The notes: generated by a model from the sequence alone, not told the origin. A stretch of DNA of 64,000 bases from Candidatus Obscuribacteraceae bacterium (GCA_044226015.1 JBGAHS010000001.1:64001-128000), one strand, 5' to 3'; counted from the first letter of the stretch, positions 10,681 through 20,448 are shown. Numbers and translations are program-made.

Positions 10681-10821
10681 CAATCGGTCTTAAGGATGAT
10701 TGAGCAATTTTGCAGATATGAAAGACTTGACAAATTTCTGCATCCGATGAAAACGCTATAGCAGTCATTGTGCTAATCTCTTGTCTCAACCTGAGCGGCA
10801 GGGGTTTCTAAGTGCCAGCGC

Positions 10822-11883
10822 ATGACTAAGTTTATTGACCTGATAGGCGACGGAATCGAGAATCCACATAATGCTCGCGCTCTTATTGATGTGGCGCGCA
10901 TGTTCGACTCTACTTGCCGGTTTCGCGATCGCAAAGGTCTTCACGAGTCAATCAAGCAGGTAGGGCTTCCTTCTGACTATTCTATGAACTTCGTCCATGT
11001 TCAGAACGTTGTTGACAGGTATTCGCCAATAATCGCGCTCGAAAACCTGGAGAATGCGATAGACATCTTTGGTTTCAATTTCAGATCTGGCTTGCCCGGT
11101 GCCCTGGTGGTTGGCAATGAACGTTATGGTGTGTCCCACGAACTGCACAATTCTGCTAATTATGTCTTGCATATTCCAATGACCAGTTTTACTGTTAATA
11201 CATTGAATGTTGCCACTGCTGCTGGTGTCGCACTTTATTATTTGAAGAATGGCCCAACAGCAAGAATGCATGTGCGTGCTCAGCCCGAAAAACGTCGCCC
11301 TGAAATCTTGTTGATTGGAGGTCACGATGCTGGTGAGCTAGGAAGTGCATTGCGTTCCGCTTCCGCTTTCGGCTGGGAACGTGCCTTTCTGGAAGATAGA
11401 AATTCGCTCTGGTTTGGGCGCCAGCGTGTGTCAAAAGCGGAAAACGGAAATGCCGGCAGACGAGGACGGAATACGATTAAGTTGTATCCCGTTTCTCAAG
11501 ACAACCGGTATGGGTTTAAGCGAGTCACAGTCATAAGTCGTCGCGAAGGTATTCCGCTTCAGAAGGCGAGGCTTGCAGAGGGACCACAGCAAATCGTAAT
11601 CATACCTGATGAAAGTTCGGTTGATGTAGTTGCAGAGAATTGGCACCGTGCTGGTTCAAACGTTCAATTCGTAAAAATTGAAGTGCCAGCTGTGGATTAT
11701 GATTATCACTATAGAGTTTTTGCTTCTATTGCACTTGCTGAAATTTCACGCCAGGTGGGTCATAGCGCTGCTGAGCGCTATGCACGAAAAGTCAAACAAG
11801 GACCTATATACGATAAGTTTCTTTCCTTCGTTCAACATGGTGCTTTTGAAGAAATCGATTTGGAAGATCTGGCTGTTTATTAA
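10822..11883 (+). CDS. SpoU/TrmH-family (SPOUT) RNA methyltransferase-like protein with a second degenerate SPOUT-like half
   Basis: DGIENPHN, VVGNERYGVS and IPM...TLNVATAAGVALY motifs; second half begins GELGSALRSASAFG. Confidence 0.75.
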   Translation: MTKFIDLIGDGIENPHNARALIDVARMFDSTCRFRDRKGLHESIKQVGLPSDYSMNFVHVQNVVDRYSPIIALENLENAIDIFGFNFRSGLPGALVVGNERYGVSHELHNSANYVLHIPMTSFTVNTLNVATAAGVALYYLKNGPTARMHVRAQPEKRRPEILLIGGHDAGELGSALRSASAFGWERAFLEDRNSLWFGRQRVSKAENGNAGRRGRNTIKLYPVSQDNRYGFKRVTVISRREGIPLQKARLAEGPQQIVIIPDESSVDVVAENWHRAGSNVQFVKIEVPAVDYDYHYRVFASIALAEISRQVGHSAAERYARKVKQGPIYDKFLSFVQHGAFEEIDLEDLAVY

Positions 11884-11995
11884 TCCCTTGGGAAAATCGC
11901 GAAATCTAAATCAGTTCTCGCGTTCGATTTTGTATTTGTGCTCCTGTGCGATACTCTCTGCAATAGTTTTTGTCAGCAGTTTTGTGCTGCGCTAC

Positions 11996-12889
11996 TCAAT
12001 GATGGCTTCGGAACTTCCATTTTTCATCTAGTTGATACACGAGCTCAAGTTCTGAAGTATCAACAGTCATTTGTCCAATCTTTCTAAACAGCACACTGTG
12101 TGAGCACAAAAATGCTGCGCAAAATATTATCGCGATCATGAATGTCAAAATTGAAGCTACGGCTAGCTGAAACTCAAGCGATGATTGGTTTTGGCAGTCA
12201 TGGAATTTATCTGCAGAGTTCCATTGTTTTGCAGCTGTCGTCGGGTCTGCAAAAGTTCTGTAGTCTGCAGAAAATTCCACTAGATCTGCTGATGCGCTCA
12301 AGCTGTCTCCAGCCTCAGCAGATCTGACAGAGAAAGCTTTTGTATATGCGTAATTTTTCAGGCGATCTTGCTTATGTGTTAGGAACGGCATCTCACCTTT
12401 TAGCTTTGCCTGAAGCCATGTCTCTTCAACATTGTCACGACATTGAGCATCTAATTTCTTGTTTATGCCGAGTTTGCTCCATTCCTCATTTGCATTTTGA
12501 CAGATTTCCTCACTCGTTAGTGGTGTTACAGGTGGTGTGTCGCTTTCCGTTTCGCCTGTTAGTGATGCAGCAGCTGTTGCGTCAATTTCCCTTTGGCTTG
12601 CCGGTGGCATCCCAGTTTGTAAATCAATGCGCTTGCCGCTTGATTCTTTCGTAGCAGCTTGCGCATCAATCTGCCTGCCGCTCGATTCCGGCATCCCAGT
12701 TTGTGCAGCATTGTGCCTACCGCTTGATTCTGGCGTCGCAGCTTGTGCATCATTTTGCTTGCGGCTCGAGCGTTTTGCTATCATCTCGCTGAGTTCTGCT
12801 TCAATAAGCGATTGACTCTGCTCTCTTTTGTTATTGTGTTTTAGCAAGTTATGTTTGCTTGCCCTTCTAAATTGCATCATCTTCAACAT
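11996..12889 (-). CDS. Hypothetical membrane protein with internal 14-aa repeats
   Basis: About 4 copies of a QxDAQAATxESSGR-like unit; C-terminal hydrophobic helix. Confidence 0.6.
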   Translation of the reverse strand: MLKMMQFRRASKHNLLKHNNKREQSQSLIEAELSEMIAKRSSRKQNDAQAATPESSGRHNAAQTGMPESSGRQIDAQAATKESSGKRIDLQTGMPPASQREIDATAAASLTGETESDTPPVTPLTSEEICQNANEEWSKLGINKKLDAQCRDNVEETWLQAKLKGEMPFLTHKQDRLKNYAYTKAFSVRSAEAGDSLSASADLVEFSADYRTFADPTTAAKQWNSADKFHDCQNQSSLEFQLAVASILTFMIAIIFCAAFLCSHSVLFRKIGQMTVDTSELELVYQLDEKWKFRSHH

Positions 12890-13451
12890 TTCACTGTTTA
12901 ACTAGGTTTTGGTCGAACAAAGACTTTGCACTCACCCCCACAGGAGACTGCAGCAAAAAATTGGGAGCAGTTTGATACTGTTCCGTGTGCAACTCGGTAA
13001 GAAGCGCACAATTCCATCCTAGCGCATGTTGTCAAGGGTGATTTTTGAATTTCACCACACTGAATGACTACAATCGTTTGTACCGCATGGCTTTTGGGCA
13101 AAATTTTCTCGCTCTCAAAATAAGAGAGGTTTAAACAATGCCAGTTTCAATTCTGTTTTCAGTCTCGCCGCGTTGACTCTTGTCCACGCCCAGGCTGCTT
13201 TTAGCTGTTTTTGAAACTCCAGTCGCAATCTTCCAATTGCAGCTTGGCACAATTTGGATAAGTCCTTCATGTTTTTGACGCGGCATTAACGAAAGTGCGC
13301 TTGTTTCAAATTTTACTTTGAATTGCCTATCGGTTTGCCTGTAAATACCGTTGGCTCAAGCAGTTCAGGTCTTGCTGCTGAGGTTAAGCAGCTGACTAAA
13401 TTGCTCTTAGATTTAAAACGCTCCTTACATCTCGGGCTTAAAATTGCTTGT

Positions 13452-14186
13452 ATGAGTAAAACAACAAACCTTGATCCTAAGACGGAGCACTTAGTTGTTC
13501 CTAAGTCTCCCCAGAAAACCAAGCTGGAGAAAACTCAAAGCTGGTTGACGATTATCTCTACATCGGTAGGTCTGCTGGGAATCGCCGGTTCAACTTTCGC
13601 ATTTGCGGTGTCTTCGTTCTACACGGGAAGCATCGATGTGAAGCCCGACTTCGACACACCTGGAATGGTCGTGAAAGTTTACACGAGCGAGGGGCATGAA
13701 TCTGTTTTCCACACCAAGCACATCAATTTGATGCCTGGGCAGTACCATCTAGAAATTGTCTCTCCAAATGGTCGTGTCATTCATCGTGATACCAAAGTCA
13801 GTTTTCACCACAATAGCGACATCTATGTGACGTTAGGTCCACCGCCGCAAGGCTCTACTATTTCTGCTAACCCAGTGGATGCCACATCATCTGATAGCTC
13901 ACAGCCTGAAGCAAAAGACGGTCTCGGAGCTCTTGTGAATTTTGGGGCAACTGCTTCTGGTGGCTCTGCTTCTAACAGCACCTCTGAGCCAGCGTCTTCG
14001 ACTGCGGGCGTCAGCGAGCCTGTTGCTAAATCAACAGATGAGTCCTCCGCAGCCGGCAAAGATTCTGCTGAATCGAGCACTGAAACCGCCGAGGGAGCAG
14101 CAACAAAAAAACGTTGGTGGCAAGTCTGGAAGCGTGGTGACAAGGAAGCTTCCTCGAATGAGTCCAGCGGCGAAAATTCAAAATAA
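13452..14186 (+). CDS. Hypothetical membrane-anchored protein with small beta-rich domain and Ser/Ala-rich tail
   Basis: ATG at 13452 preferred over TTG at 13323; TM segment; stop overlaps the hemL start (TAATG). Confidence 0.65.
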   Translation: MSKTTNLDPKTEHLVVPKSPQKTKLEKTQSWLTIISTSVGLLGIAGSTFAFAVSSFYTGSIDVKPDFDTPGMVVKVYTSEGHESVFHTKHINLMPGQYHLEIVSPNGRVIHRDTKVSFHHNSDIYVTLGPPPQGSTISANPVDATSSDSSQPEAKDGLGALVNFGATASGGSASNSTSEPASSTAGVSEPVAKSTDESSAAGKDSAESSTETAEGAATKKRWWQVWKRGDKEASSNESSGENSK

Positions 14187-15481
14187 TGCAGATAAAAGAA
14201 GAGCAAGCAAGCGGCACCTTTTTTGCTGAACAGTCTGCAAAATACTCTGAAGAAATTGCGCGCCTCATTCCTGGTGGTGTCGACAGCCCGTTCCGCTCGT
14301 TCAAAGAAGTTGGTGGGCACACTTTATTCTTCTCTCGGGCACTTGGCTCTCGGCTCTTTGATTTAGACGGTAACGAATACATAGATTATCTTGGAGCCTG
14401 GGGACCAGCAATTCTTGGGCACTGTGTACCGTCTGTCGTTGAGGCGTGCAAGAAAGCTGTTGAACATGGACCAGTCTTTGGCTCGCCTCATATGTACGAG
14501 TTGCAACTAGCCCAGCTCTTGAATGAAGCCATGCCGTCGATGGAGATGATGCGCTTCGTGAATTCCGGTACCGAAGCCGTGATGAGTGCAGTGCGACTTG
14601 CGCGGGGCTTCAAAAAGCGTGATCTGATCATCATGTTTGAAGGCTGCTATCACGGGCATTCTGATTCTGTTTTGGCCTCACAGGGGCATTGTTCCAGTGA
14701 TGGTATTCCTGAGATTTCGAAGCAGAATACATTGCTTGTGCCGTTCAATGATGTCGAGGCGCTAGCTTCGTGCTTGAAGGCGCACAAAGGAAAAGTTGCA
14801 GGCGTAATTATTGAACCTGTCGCAGGTTCAATGGGGGTGATACCTCCTGATGAGGGATATCTCCAGCGCGTTTCTGAAATCTGCAAAGTAGAAGATGTCG
14901 TTCTGATTTTCGATGAAGTGCTAACTGGTTTGCGAGTAGCTCGCGGCGGTGCGCAGTCTATTTATGGAGTCGTGCCTGACCTTACTTGCTTGGGCAAAGC
15001 GCTTGGCGGTGGAATGGCTATCGGCGCTTATGGTGGACGGCGCGAAATAATGCATGCGCTTGAACCAATTGGAAAAGTCTATCAGGCGGGTACTTTTTCG
15101 GGAAACCCTGTCACTATGGCTGGTGGCATTGCCACGCTGACCGAACTCAAGAATTCCAATGCTTATGAACGCATGGAGATGCGAGGAACACAGCTATTCG
15201 ATGGCATCAGTGATTGGTTGCGGAGCCATTCATTTCCGCTGCAGTTACAACGAGTTGGCTCTATGTTTTGCTTGATTTTTTCAGACTTGCCTGTGCGCAA
15301 TTTCAAGGATTCACTCCGGATAGACTCTCACAGATTCGCAAAGCTCTACCATGAACTGCTGCGACGTGGCATCTACCTGCCCCCCTCAAGTGTTGACGCT
15401 GCAGCCATCTCTGCCGCCCACAGTGAAGCCGACATTGAAGAATCAGTAAGAGCCATTTGCGAATCTCTCGCAGCAGTTTAA
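14186..15481 (+). CDS. hemL: Glutamate-1-semialdehyde 2,1-aminomutase
   Basis: IPGGVDSPFR, RFVNSGTEA, YHGHSD, FDEVLTG, LGKALGGG and YQAGTFSGNP motifs. Confidence 0.95.
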   Translation: MQIKEEQASGTFFAEQSAKYSEEIARLIPGGVDSPFRSFKEVGGHTLFFSRALGSRLFDLDGNEYIDYLGAWGPAILGHCVPSVVEACKKAVEHGPVFGSPHMYELQLAQLLNEAMPSMEMMRFVNSGTEAVMSAVRLARGFKKRDLIIMFEGCYHGHSDSVLASQGHCSSDGIPEISKQNTLLVPFNDVEALASCLKAHKGKVAGVIIEPVAGSMGVIPPDEGYLQRVSEICKVEDVVLIFDEVLTGLRVARGGAQSIYGVVPDLTCLGKALGGGMAIGAYGGRREIMHALEPIGKVYQAGTFSGNPVTMAGGIATLTELKNSNAYERMEMRGTQLFDGISDWLRSHSFPLQLQRVGSMFCLIFSDLPVRNFKDSLRIDSHRFAKLYHELLRRGIYLPPSSVDAAAISAAHSEADIEESVRAICESLAAV

Positions 15482-15575
15482 ATATGCAACTCGAGAGCTC
15501 AAGTTCAAATCGAAGTACGGTAGCGATATGTGAAGATGATAAGGCGTGGTTAGCGACAAGCAGTAACCGCTGGGG

Positions 15576-16280
15576 TTAATAAATGAGTTTTGTGGTGGTG
15601 TATGTTATTTCTGTTATTAGACTGTAGTCCAGGCGAGCGATTTCCGTTACTGTGAACGTGGCTTGAGAATAAAGTTGAATAGGCACTTCTTTTGACGGTT
15701 CAGTTGATGCGTTGAAGTCACACGAAGTCATGGTTTGGTATCGTCGGAGCGTAAATTTGTCCTTTTCGAGCCAAATCGTTGTCCTTAAACCAGAAGGCCT
15801 CTCCAAAACAAGCTTATAGCAGCTTATCCCCTCGATTTCTTCATCTTGCTTCGGGGTAATTTCTGAAAAGCCTTCGGTCCAAGCATTCATGTTCTCCTTA
15901 ACTGAGGGGAAAAGGATGCAAGGAATGACAAGTGCGCCTGAGCCGATCACTCCTGTAGCTTGTGCTAATGCTAAATACAAAGCTTTTGATTTGAGTCTCT
16001 TTGACAAGCCGTATGAGAAATAAGTTTCTGCGTCATCTGATTCAACAAGTCCTGTTCGGTTGTTTTTGTGCCATTCGAACTTGTATACGGCAGGGGCTTT
16101 GTATTTTGTGCAAAATTCAACACTAGGTTTTGGTCGATCATGGTCAGGAAAACTCCATTGCCGAATACAACCAACATCTTCGTATTCGCGACAAGACACA
16201 TATCGACTAATGAATTCCTCAAACACTGCTGGCACGTTCAATATCATTACCTCACCACAATCTAAATCGCTTAATTGCAT
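15576..16280 (-). CDS. Partner/putative immunity gene of Rhs tip cassette 1; LolA/DUF2092-like beta protein
   Basis: Overlaps the cassette 1 stop, co-directional; EEIEGISCYKL...TIWLEKD pattern resembles LolA-like proteins. Confidence 0.6.
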   Translation of the reverse strand: MQLSDLDCGEVMILNVPAVFEEFISRYVSCREYEDVGCIRQWSFPDHDRPKPSVEFCTKYKAPAVYKFEWHKNNRTGLVESDDAETYFSYGLSKRLKSKALYLALAQATGVIGSGALVIPCILFPSVKENMNAWTEGFSEITPKQDEEIEGISCYKLVLERPSGLRTTIWLEKDKFTLRRYQTMTSCDFNASTEPSKEVPIQLYSQATFTVTEIARLDYSLITEITYTTTKLIY

Positions 16281-17160
16281 CCCATTGCGTTTTCAGTGCG
16301 TTCATAGCTTCGTTTAATGCTTGTTTCGATTGACCTAGGTTCCAAGCGATTGCGGGGTCAATGCCGTTAGCTGAAATACACTCCAAAAGAGATATGACAG
16401 CTCCAGTCAGGCACGTATCATAGGCCACAGGGCAAGGATTAATTTGGTGTTGAATTGAGTTTGGACCGTAAGATTCATAGCATGCTGCCTTTAGCGCATC
16501 ATAGCTCAGCAAACAGCTTTTGCTAGCACTTCCTGTTGGATCTAATTCATTGATTGCTTGGAGAAGATATTTTTCGCTGAGCCTGCCAGCTGTTCCCCGA
16601 AAGGGAAAAGGCAGCGTTTCACCTTTTCCATAGTCATTGGGCGTTAATCCTGTGAAATCGACGAAGTTAGTCGGGCCATTTCCAACGTAAACGTATAGAT
16701 TAGTTCCTCCTGCTTCCTCAAACGGATCTCTGTTGACAAACCTACCCCTTGAAGGAGCATATACTCTGAAGACCGGCATGTTAAGTCCGCTTCTAGAATG
16801 GTAGTAGTAATTTGCATACTGGAATTCTGCGTCGGCACTACCATTTAGTTTGACAACAAGCCCATAAGGATCATAATTGTACTGTGCTTCAATAGCAGTT
16901 ATTCCCCCCACAGTCTTAGTCAGTTCCCTGATGGAACCCAGGCGGTCTTTACTGTAAGAGTATTGATTGGAACCTGCAATGGTGAAGTTGACTTGTCCTT
17001 GATTCAAGAATTGTTTGCCAATACTCAGGCTACCTGACGCATCCCGTTCCTCACACCTAGCTGCCCCGCACCACAAATGCTGTTTCGTCGAAGTGACACT
17101 GCCAGCAGTGCGCTCTTCGATTTTCGTTGCGCGCGAAAGTGCATCATACGAAAATTGGGT
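16252..17160 (-). CDS. Silent Rhs C-terminal cassette 1 (Rhs core end + variable Cys-containing tip); no native start
   Basis: In-frame TQFSYDALSRATKIEERTAGSVTSTKQHLWCG shared with the full Rhs; YYHSRSGL...NRDP...PTNFVDFTGL junction. Confidence 0.88.
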   Translation of the reverse strand, partial: TQFSYDALSRATKIEERTAGSVTSTKQHLWCGAARCEERDASGSLSIGKQFLNQGQVNFTIAGSNQYSYSKDRLGSIRELTKTVGGITAIEAQYNYDPYGLVVKLNGSADAEFQYANYYYHSRSGLNMPVFRVYAPSRGRFVNRDPFEEAGGTNLYVYVGNGPTNFVDFTGLTPNDYGKGETLPFPFRGTAGRLSEKYLLQAINELDPTGSASKSCLLSYDALKAACYESYGPNSIQHQINPCPVAYDTCLTGAVISLLECISANGIDPAIAWNLGQSKQALNEAMNALKTQWDAIKRFRLW

Positions 17161-17202
17161 GATGTTCCCAGTGCGATTTGATTGGATTTCAGAGACTTTT
17201 AA
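17149..17202 (-). repeat. Cassette junction repeat (13-bp core + ~40-bp leader), copy at cassette 1
   Basis: Minus strand reads TTAAAAGTCTCTGAAATCCAATCAAATCGCACTGGGAACAT-CACCCAATTTTCG. Confidence 0.9.
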
Positions 17203-17357
17203 GATTAGCAGAGTCGCTTAGTTTGTCATAATTGTATTGCGCTTCAATAGCAGTTATTCCGCTTAGTCTGCTAGTCTTCCAACAGAGTTCAAAATGGAAA
17301 CGATGAAAATTAATCATTACGTCGAATCGATTCGAAACATATTACGCTCACCGGATC

Positions 17358-18056
17358 TTAAGTGCTGGGATTGGCGCGGAGCTGACAAATCAAAATTTTT
17401 TCCACAATTTCGTTCTTTATAGATATTCCGGACTCGTTTTCAACTAAAGATAAATCCAGAGATTGGTAAATCCGCAGTGCCTGCGCCCAGCGTTGTAGCT
17501 CCATAAGACTATCTGCTAAATTGATCTGATTTTCTAAATCAATTTCATCGGCGTTCGCTGAACGTAATTCAACTGCTTTTACAAAGCAGTCTAAAGCTTG
17601 TTCCAGATAAGCGGTCCTCATCGATGGATCACAGGGGTAATCCTTAAGGATCCTACCTTTTTGCGCCAGAAATCCATCATTTAGTGGAAACATCGAAATG
17701 GCCTTATCGGCAATTAAAAGTGCATCTTTGGCGACTTGGAGTTTCTCTGCAATTGATAATGGGTTCTTTTTTGTCATCCATTTGTGTATGGCCAAACTGA
17801 TCCATGTTAGAAACGTTCCCTCATCCTTCTCTGCAAGCTCGTAGATCGCGCAAACTGTCTTCCATCCAGCCGGAAAGTCCACTCGATGAGCAAGTACTAT
17901 TAGTCTTTCGTCCTCTGTAAATCCAGAATTTGCCGTGGACCTCAGGAAATGCCGGAGCTTGTCTTTGCTTATGAATTGGTCTACTTTTGTGTTGTCGAGC
18001 ACCGTCTGAAATTGCCGACCAGCATCTGTATTCCACTTATTAATGTACTCTGCCAT
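17358..18056 (-). CDS. Putative immunity protein of cassette 2 (helical/TPR-like)
   Basis: Start overlaps the cassette 2 stop; LEQALDCFVKAVEL and LADSLMELQRWAQALRIYQ TPR-like helices. Confidence 0.7.
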   Translation of the reverse strand: MAEYINKWNTDAGRQFQTVLDNTKVDQFISKDKLRHFLRSTANSGFTEDERLIVLAHRVDFPAGWKTVCAIYELAEKDEGTFLTWISLAIHKWMTKKNPLSIAEKLQVAKDALLIADKAISMFPLNDGFLAQKGRILKDYPCDPSMRTAYLEQALDCFVKAVELRSANADEIDLENQINLADSLMELQRWAQALRIYQSLDLSLVENESGISIKNEIVEKILICQLRANPST

Positions 18057-18903
18057 TAGACACCTCCATAAACCGGGTTGCCTGGCCAGGGCAGTAAAAT
18101 GGTATCAAATAAATCCACCATGGCAATTGTGGTGGAACAGCCTTGGGCAACGGTAGCGGCAGCCTGGTTTCGTCGTGGGATTTTTCAATTGGCTGCTTTT
18201 TCGGTATCGTTCGGTAATCTGGTGGTCTTTTGCCACAGTACTCCCAGCTTCCAGAAAATGTTTCGCCTTTTCCAACAGAATCATTGCATGCCGCGTCATT
18301 TTTGTAACAGCATCCTGGATCCCGACCAGCTTTCAAGCATTTTTGAGTCTGCTGCTCACAACAATCTTTGCTTGAGCAACAAGCTAATCCGTATGGGTCC
18401 ATGAATATTGTTGGAGCATTATTTGCGTATTCGAACAAATTCGTTCCGATATTTTCCCCAAGCGGATCTCTGCTTAACCACCGGGCGAATGAGGGTGCAT
18501 AGTTTCTGAAAAGCGTTTGGTTCATGCCTGAGTTCTGGTGGAAGTACATACCAGCGTAGCCGAAGTCTGAAAACGTTCCGCTCGTGCTTAAGTAAACAAG
18601 CCGTCCGTAAGGCTCATATGAAACTATAAGATCAATGAGTAAAGAGGCACCAGTAGTGTGCGTCATTTCTCTCACTGACCCCAGGTGATCAAATGTGAAG
18701 AAATGGGTTGTTGATGCACTCGCGGCAAATATCACCTCTCCTTTGCCAAAAAACTGCTTGCCATTACTCAAACTACCAGTGCCATCTCTTTCCTCGCACC
18801 TAGCGGACCCGCACCACAAATGTTGCTTTGTGGAAGTGACACTGCCAGCAGTGCGCTCCTCGATTTTAGTTGCGCGCGAAAGTGCATCATGCGAAAATTG
18901 GGT
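18040..18903 (-). CDS. Silent Rhs C-terminal cassette 2 (Cys-rich tip)
   Basis: TQFSHDALSRATKIEERTAG..., WLSRDPLG and PTIFMDPYGL; tip CCSSKDCC...CC; core at 18892-18904 with a degenerate leader. Confidence 0.88.
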   Translation of the reverse strand, partial: TQFSHDALSRATKIEERTAGSVTSTKQHLWCGSARCEERDGTGSLSNGKQFFGKGEVIFAASASTTHFFTFDHLGSVREMTHTTGASLLIDLIVSYEPYGRLVYLSTSGTFSDFGYAGMYFHQNSGMNQTLFRNYAPSFARWLSRDPLGENIGTNLFEYANNAPTIFMDPYGLACCSSKDCCEQQTQKCLKAGRDPGCCYKNDAACNDSVGKGETFSGSWEYCGKRPPDYRTIPKKQPIEKSHDETRLPLPLPKAVPPQLPWWIYLIPFYCPGQATRFMEVSNGRVH

Positions 18904-19158
18904 GATGTTTATGGTGGGAGAAGTCTTGATTTCGGTGAAGTCGAATGATGCAGCCAAAGTCTCTGGGTGAGAAGTCCGTCGTGCTTTTAATTCTTCCAGT
19001 GGAAGAGGTTCGAGGTTTCCGCATCCTCATGGTAATAAAAGTCAGCTGAATTCAAGGCTAAGCATTGCTCAAATTTTTGAAATGTGCATAACAGCGACCG
19101 CATCAACTATAATTTAAGTCATAGTTAGTTATGACTTACAAAAGTCCATTTTTTAGCC

Positions 19159-19761
19159 GTGGATCGATTTAAGGATTATTCGCAATTGAAAACATACTCG
19201 GACAAAGGGATCACCGAGTACGTTTCGGGGAATGGAGAGTTATTGCTTCTGGCAAGCTTTTCGACAACTTTTGAACGTGGCCAGTTGATTATCTTTGATT
19301 ACAAAAACGAAACCAGAACGCCGACAGTAGGACGCGACGGAAAATTACTTTTTAAGGGATTTAGCCCCTTTTTTCAATGCCGAATGGAATTCGATTTCAA
19401 GAATGGCCATCTGACCTACACTCCTGCGAGTCCTTCATTGAAGGAGCTAGGAAAAGGCGGTCAGCTCGTAGACTTGATTAGTGAAATAAGAATTGTCTCG
19501 ATAATTCCTTCTATGTTATTTGGACTCTATTCTCTGCCATTTGCAAACTCAGAATCGATCATTGTTCCATCAGAAGTTGAACTCGCAACAGGAACATCAA
19601 CTAGAAAAATCCGCTACAACAACAGTGGCTACATTGAGGAAATCATCAGAGACTCCGTACAGGAAGACCGCTCTGTTTTCCTTTCTGGATTGCAGCTAAC
19701 AAAATCTACTTCCTCTTACAACACTAAAATTCTGGTGGGAGAACATCGCTGGGAGGAGTAA
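19159..19761 (+). CDS. Hypothetical protein, LolA/DUF2092-like N-terminus
   Basis: YSQLKTYSDKG...FSTTFER...IFDY resembles the N-terminal part of 15576..16280. Confidence 0.5.
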   Translation: MDRFKDYSQLKTYSDKGITEYVSGNGELLLLASFSTTFERGQLIIFDYKNETRTPTVGRDGKLLFKGFSPFFQCRMEFDFKNGHLTYTPASPSLKELGKGGQLVDLISEIRIVSIIPSMLFGLYSLPFANSESIIVPSEVELATGTSTRKIRYNNSGYIEEIIRDSVQEDRSVFLSGLQLTKSTSSYNTKILVGEHRWEE

Positions 19762-19829
19762 CTCCCAGAATGCATAGCAGAATGTCCAATGAAAGTCTTG
19801 CTTCGTTCAACTGCAATCGATACTTTAAG

Positions 19830-19890
19830 GAAGGTTCCCAGCGGATTCAGCTCTGTGGTGACTCTACCCATTTCATCGAAGGACCAACGT
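19830..19890 (-). repeat. 61-bp fragment of the Rhs gene body (copy of 33606..33666), inverted
   Basis: Reverse complement matches 33606..33666 with 2 mismatches (RWSFDEMGRVTxELNPLGTF). Confidence 0.9.
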
Positions 19891-20057
19891 TTACCAGGCT
19901 CTGAGAATTCCAGACCACTCAACTGTCCCGGCTTATCAAATAACTCTCGCACTTTGCTTCGTGCTCAAATGGTGGCTCAAAGTTTTTGGCTAGATATGGG
20001 CATTACAGAGAATCGAGTATGTATACTGTATAGTGTTAGCCACTGTATGAGGCTCTA

Positions 20058-20435
20058 ATGACGTTTCTTATACATCAATGTCGGCACTTTATTCGACGAA
20101 CCGAACTAAGCGTACAAATTTTTTTTGGGTTCACTCCTGATTTCGAAAAATTAGATTACGTGTTTTACTCGCGCCCCCTCTTTTCCAAGGAAGGTTTGAT
20201 CAGGGATCACTTATCTTTACTCCCATTTGCAGACACCTCCTTGAAGCGAGTTGTTAAAGACTTGGGTGGTTGGGAGCATATTACAGATCCCGAGTATTTA
20301 CCGAATAGCGAAGAGTATGAAAGACTAGCCGAAGTCGGTTTTTCAAAGGATGATTTTAATAAAACTAGAGAGTATCTGTCCGATAGAAGCGCCTATAACC
20401 GAAGAGCCCTAGCTCGACAAAAGGAAAAGAAGTAA
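20058..20435 (+). CDS. Hypothetical protein convergent with cassette 3
   Basis: 125-aa ORF ending 13 bp from the cassette 3 stop. Confidence 0.5.
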   Translation: MTFLIHQCRHFIRRTELSVQIFFGFTPDFEKLDYVFYSRPLFSKEGLIRDHLSLLPFADTSLKRVVKDLGGWEHITDPEYLPNSEEYERLAEVGFSKDDFNKTREYLSDRSAYNRRALARQKEKK

Positions 20436-20448
20436 TCTCCTAATTTTT

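Noticed and set aside
17015..17221. Family of small similar ORFs (also 18695, 21110, 22953, 35067, 36898) with HHKCCFVEVTLPAVRSSIFVARES
   Set aside because: They are antisense translations of the conserved Rhs junction, not independent genes
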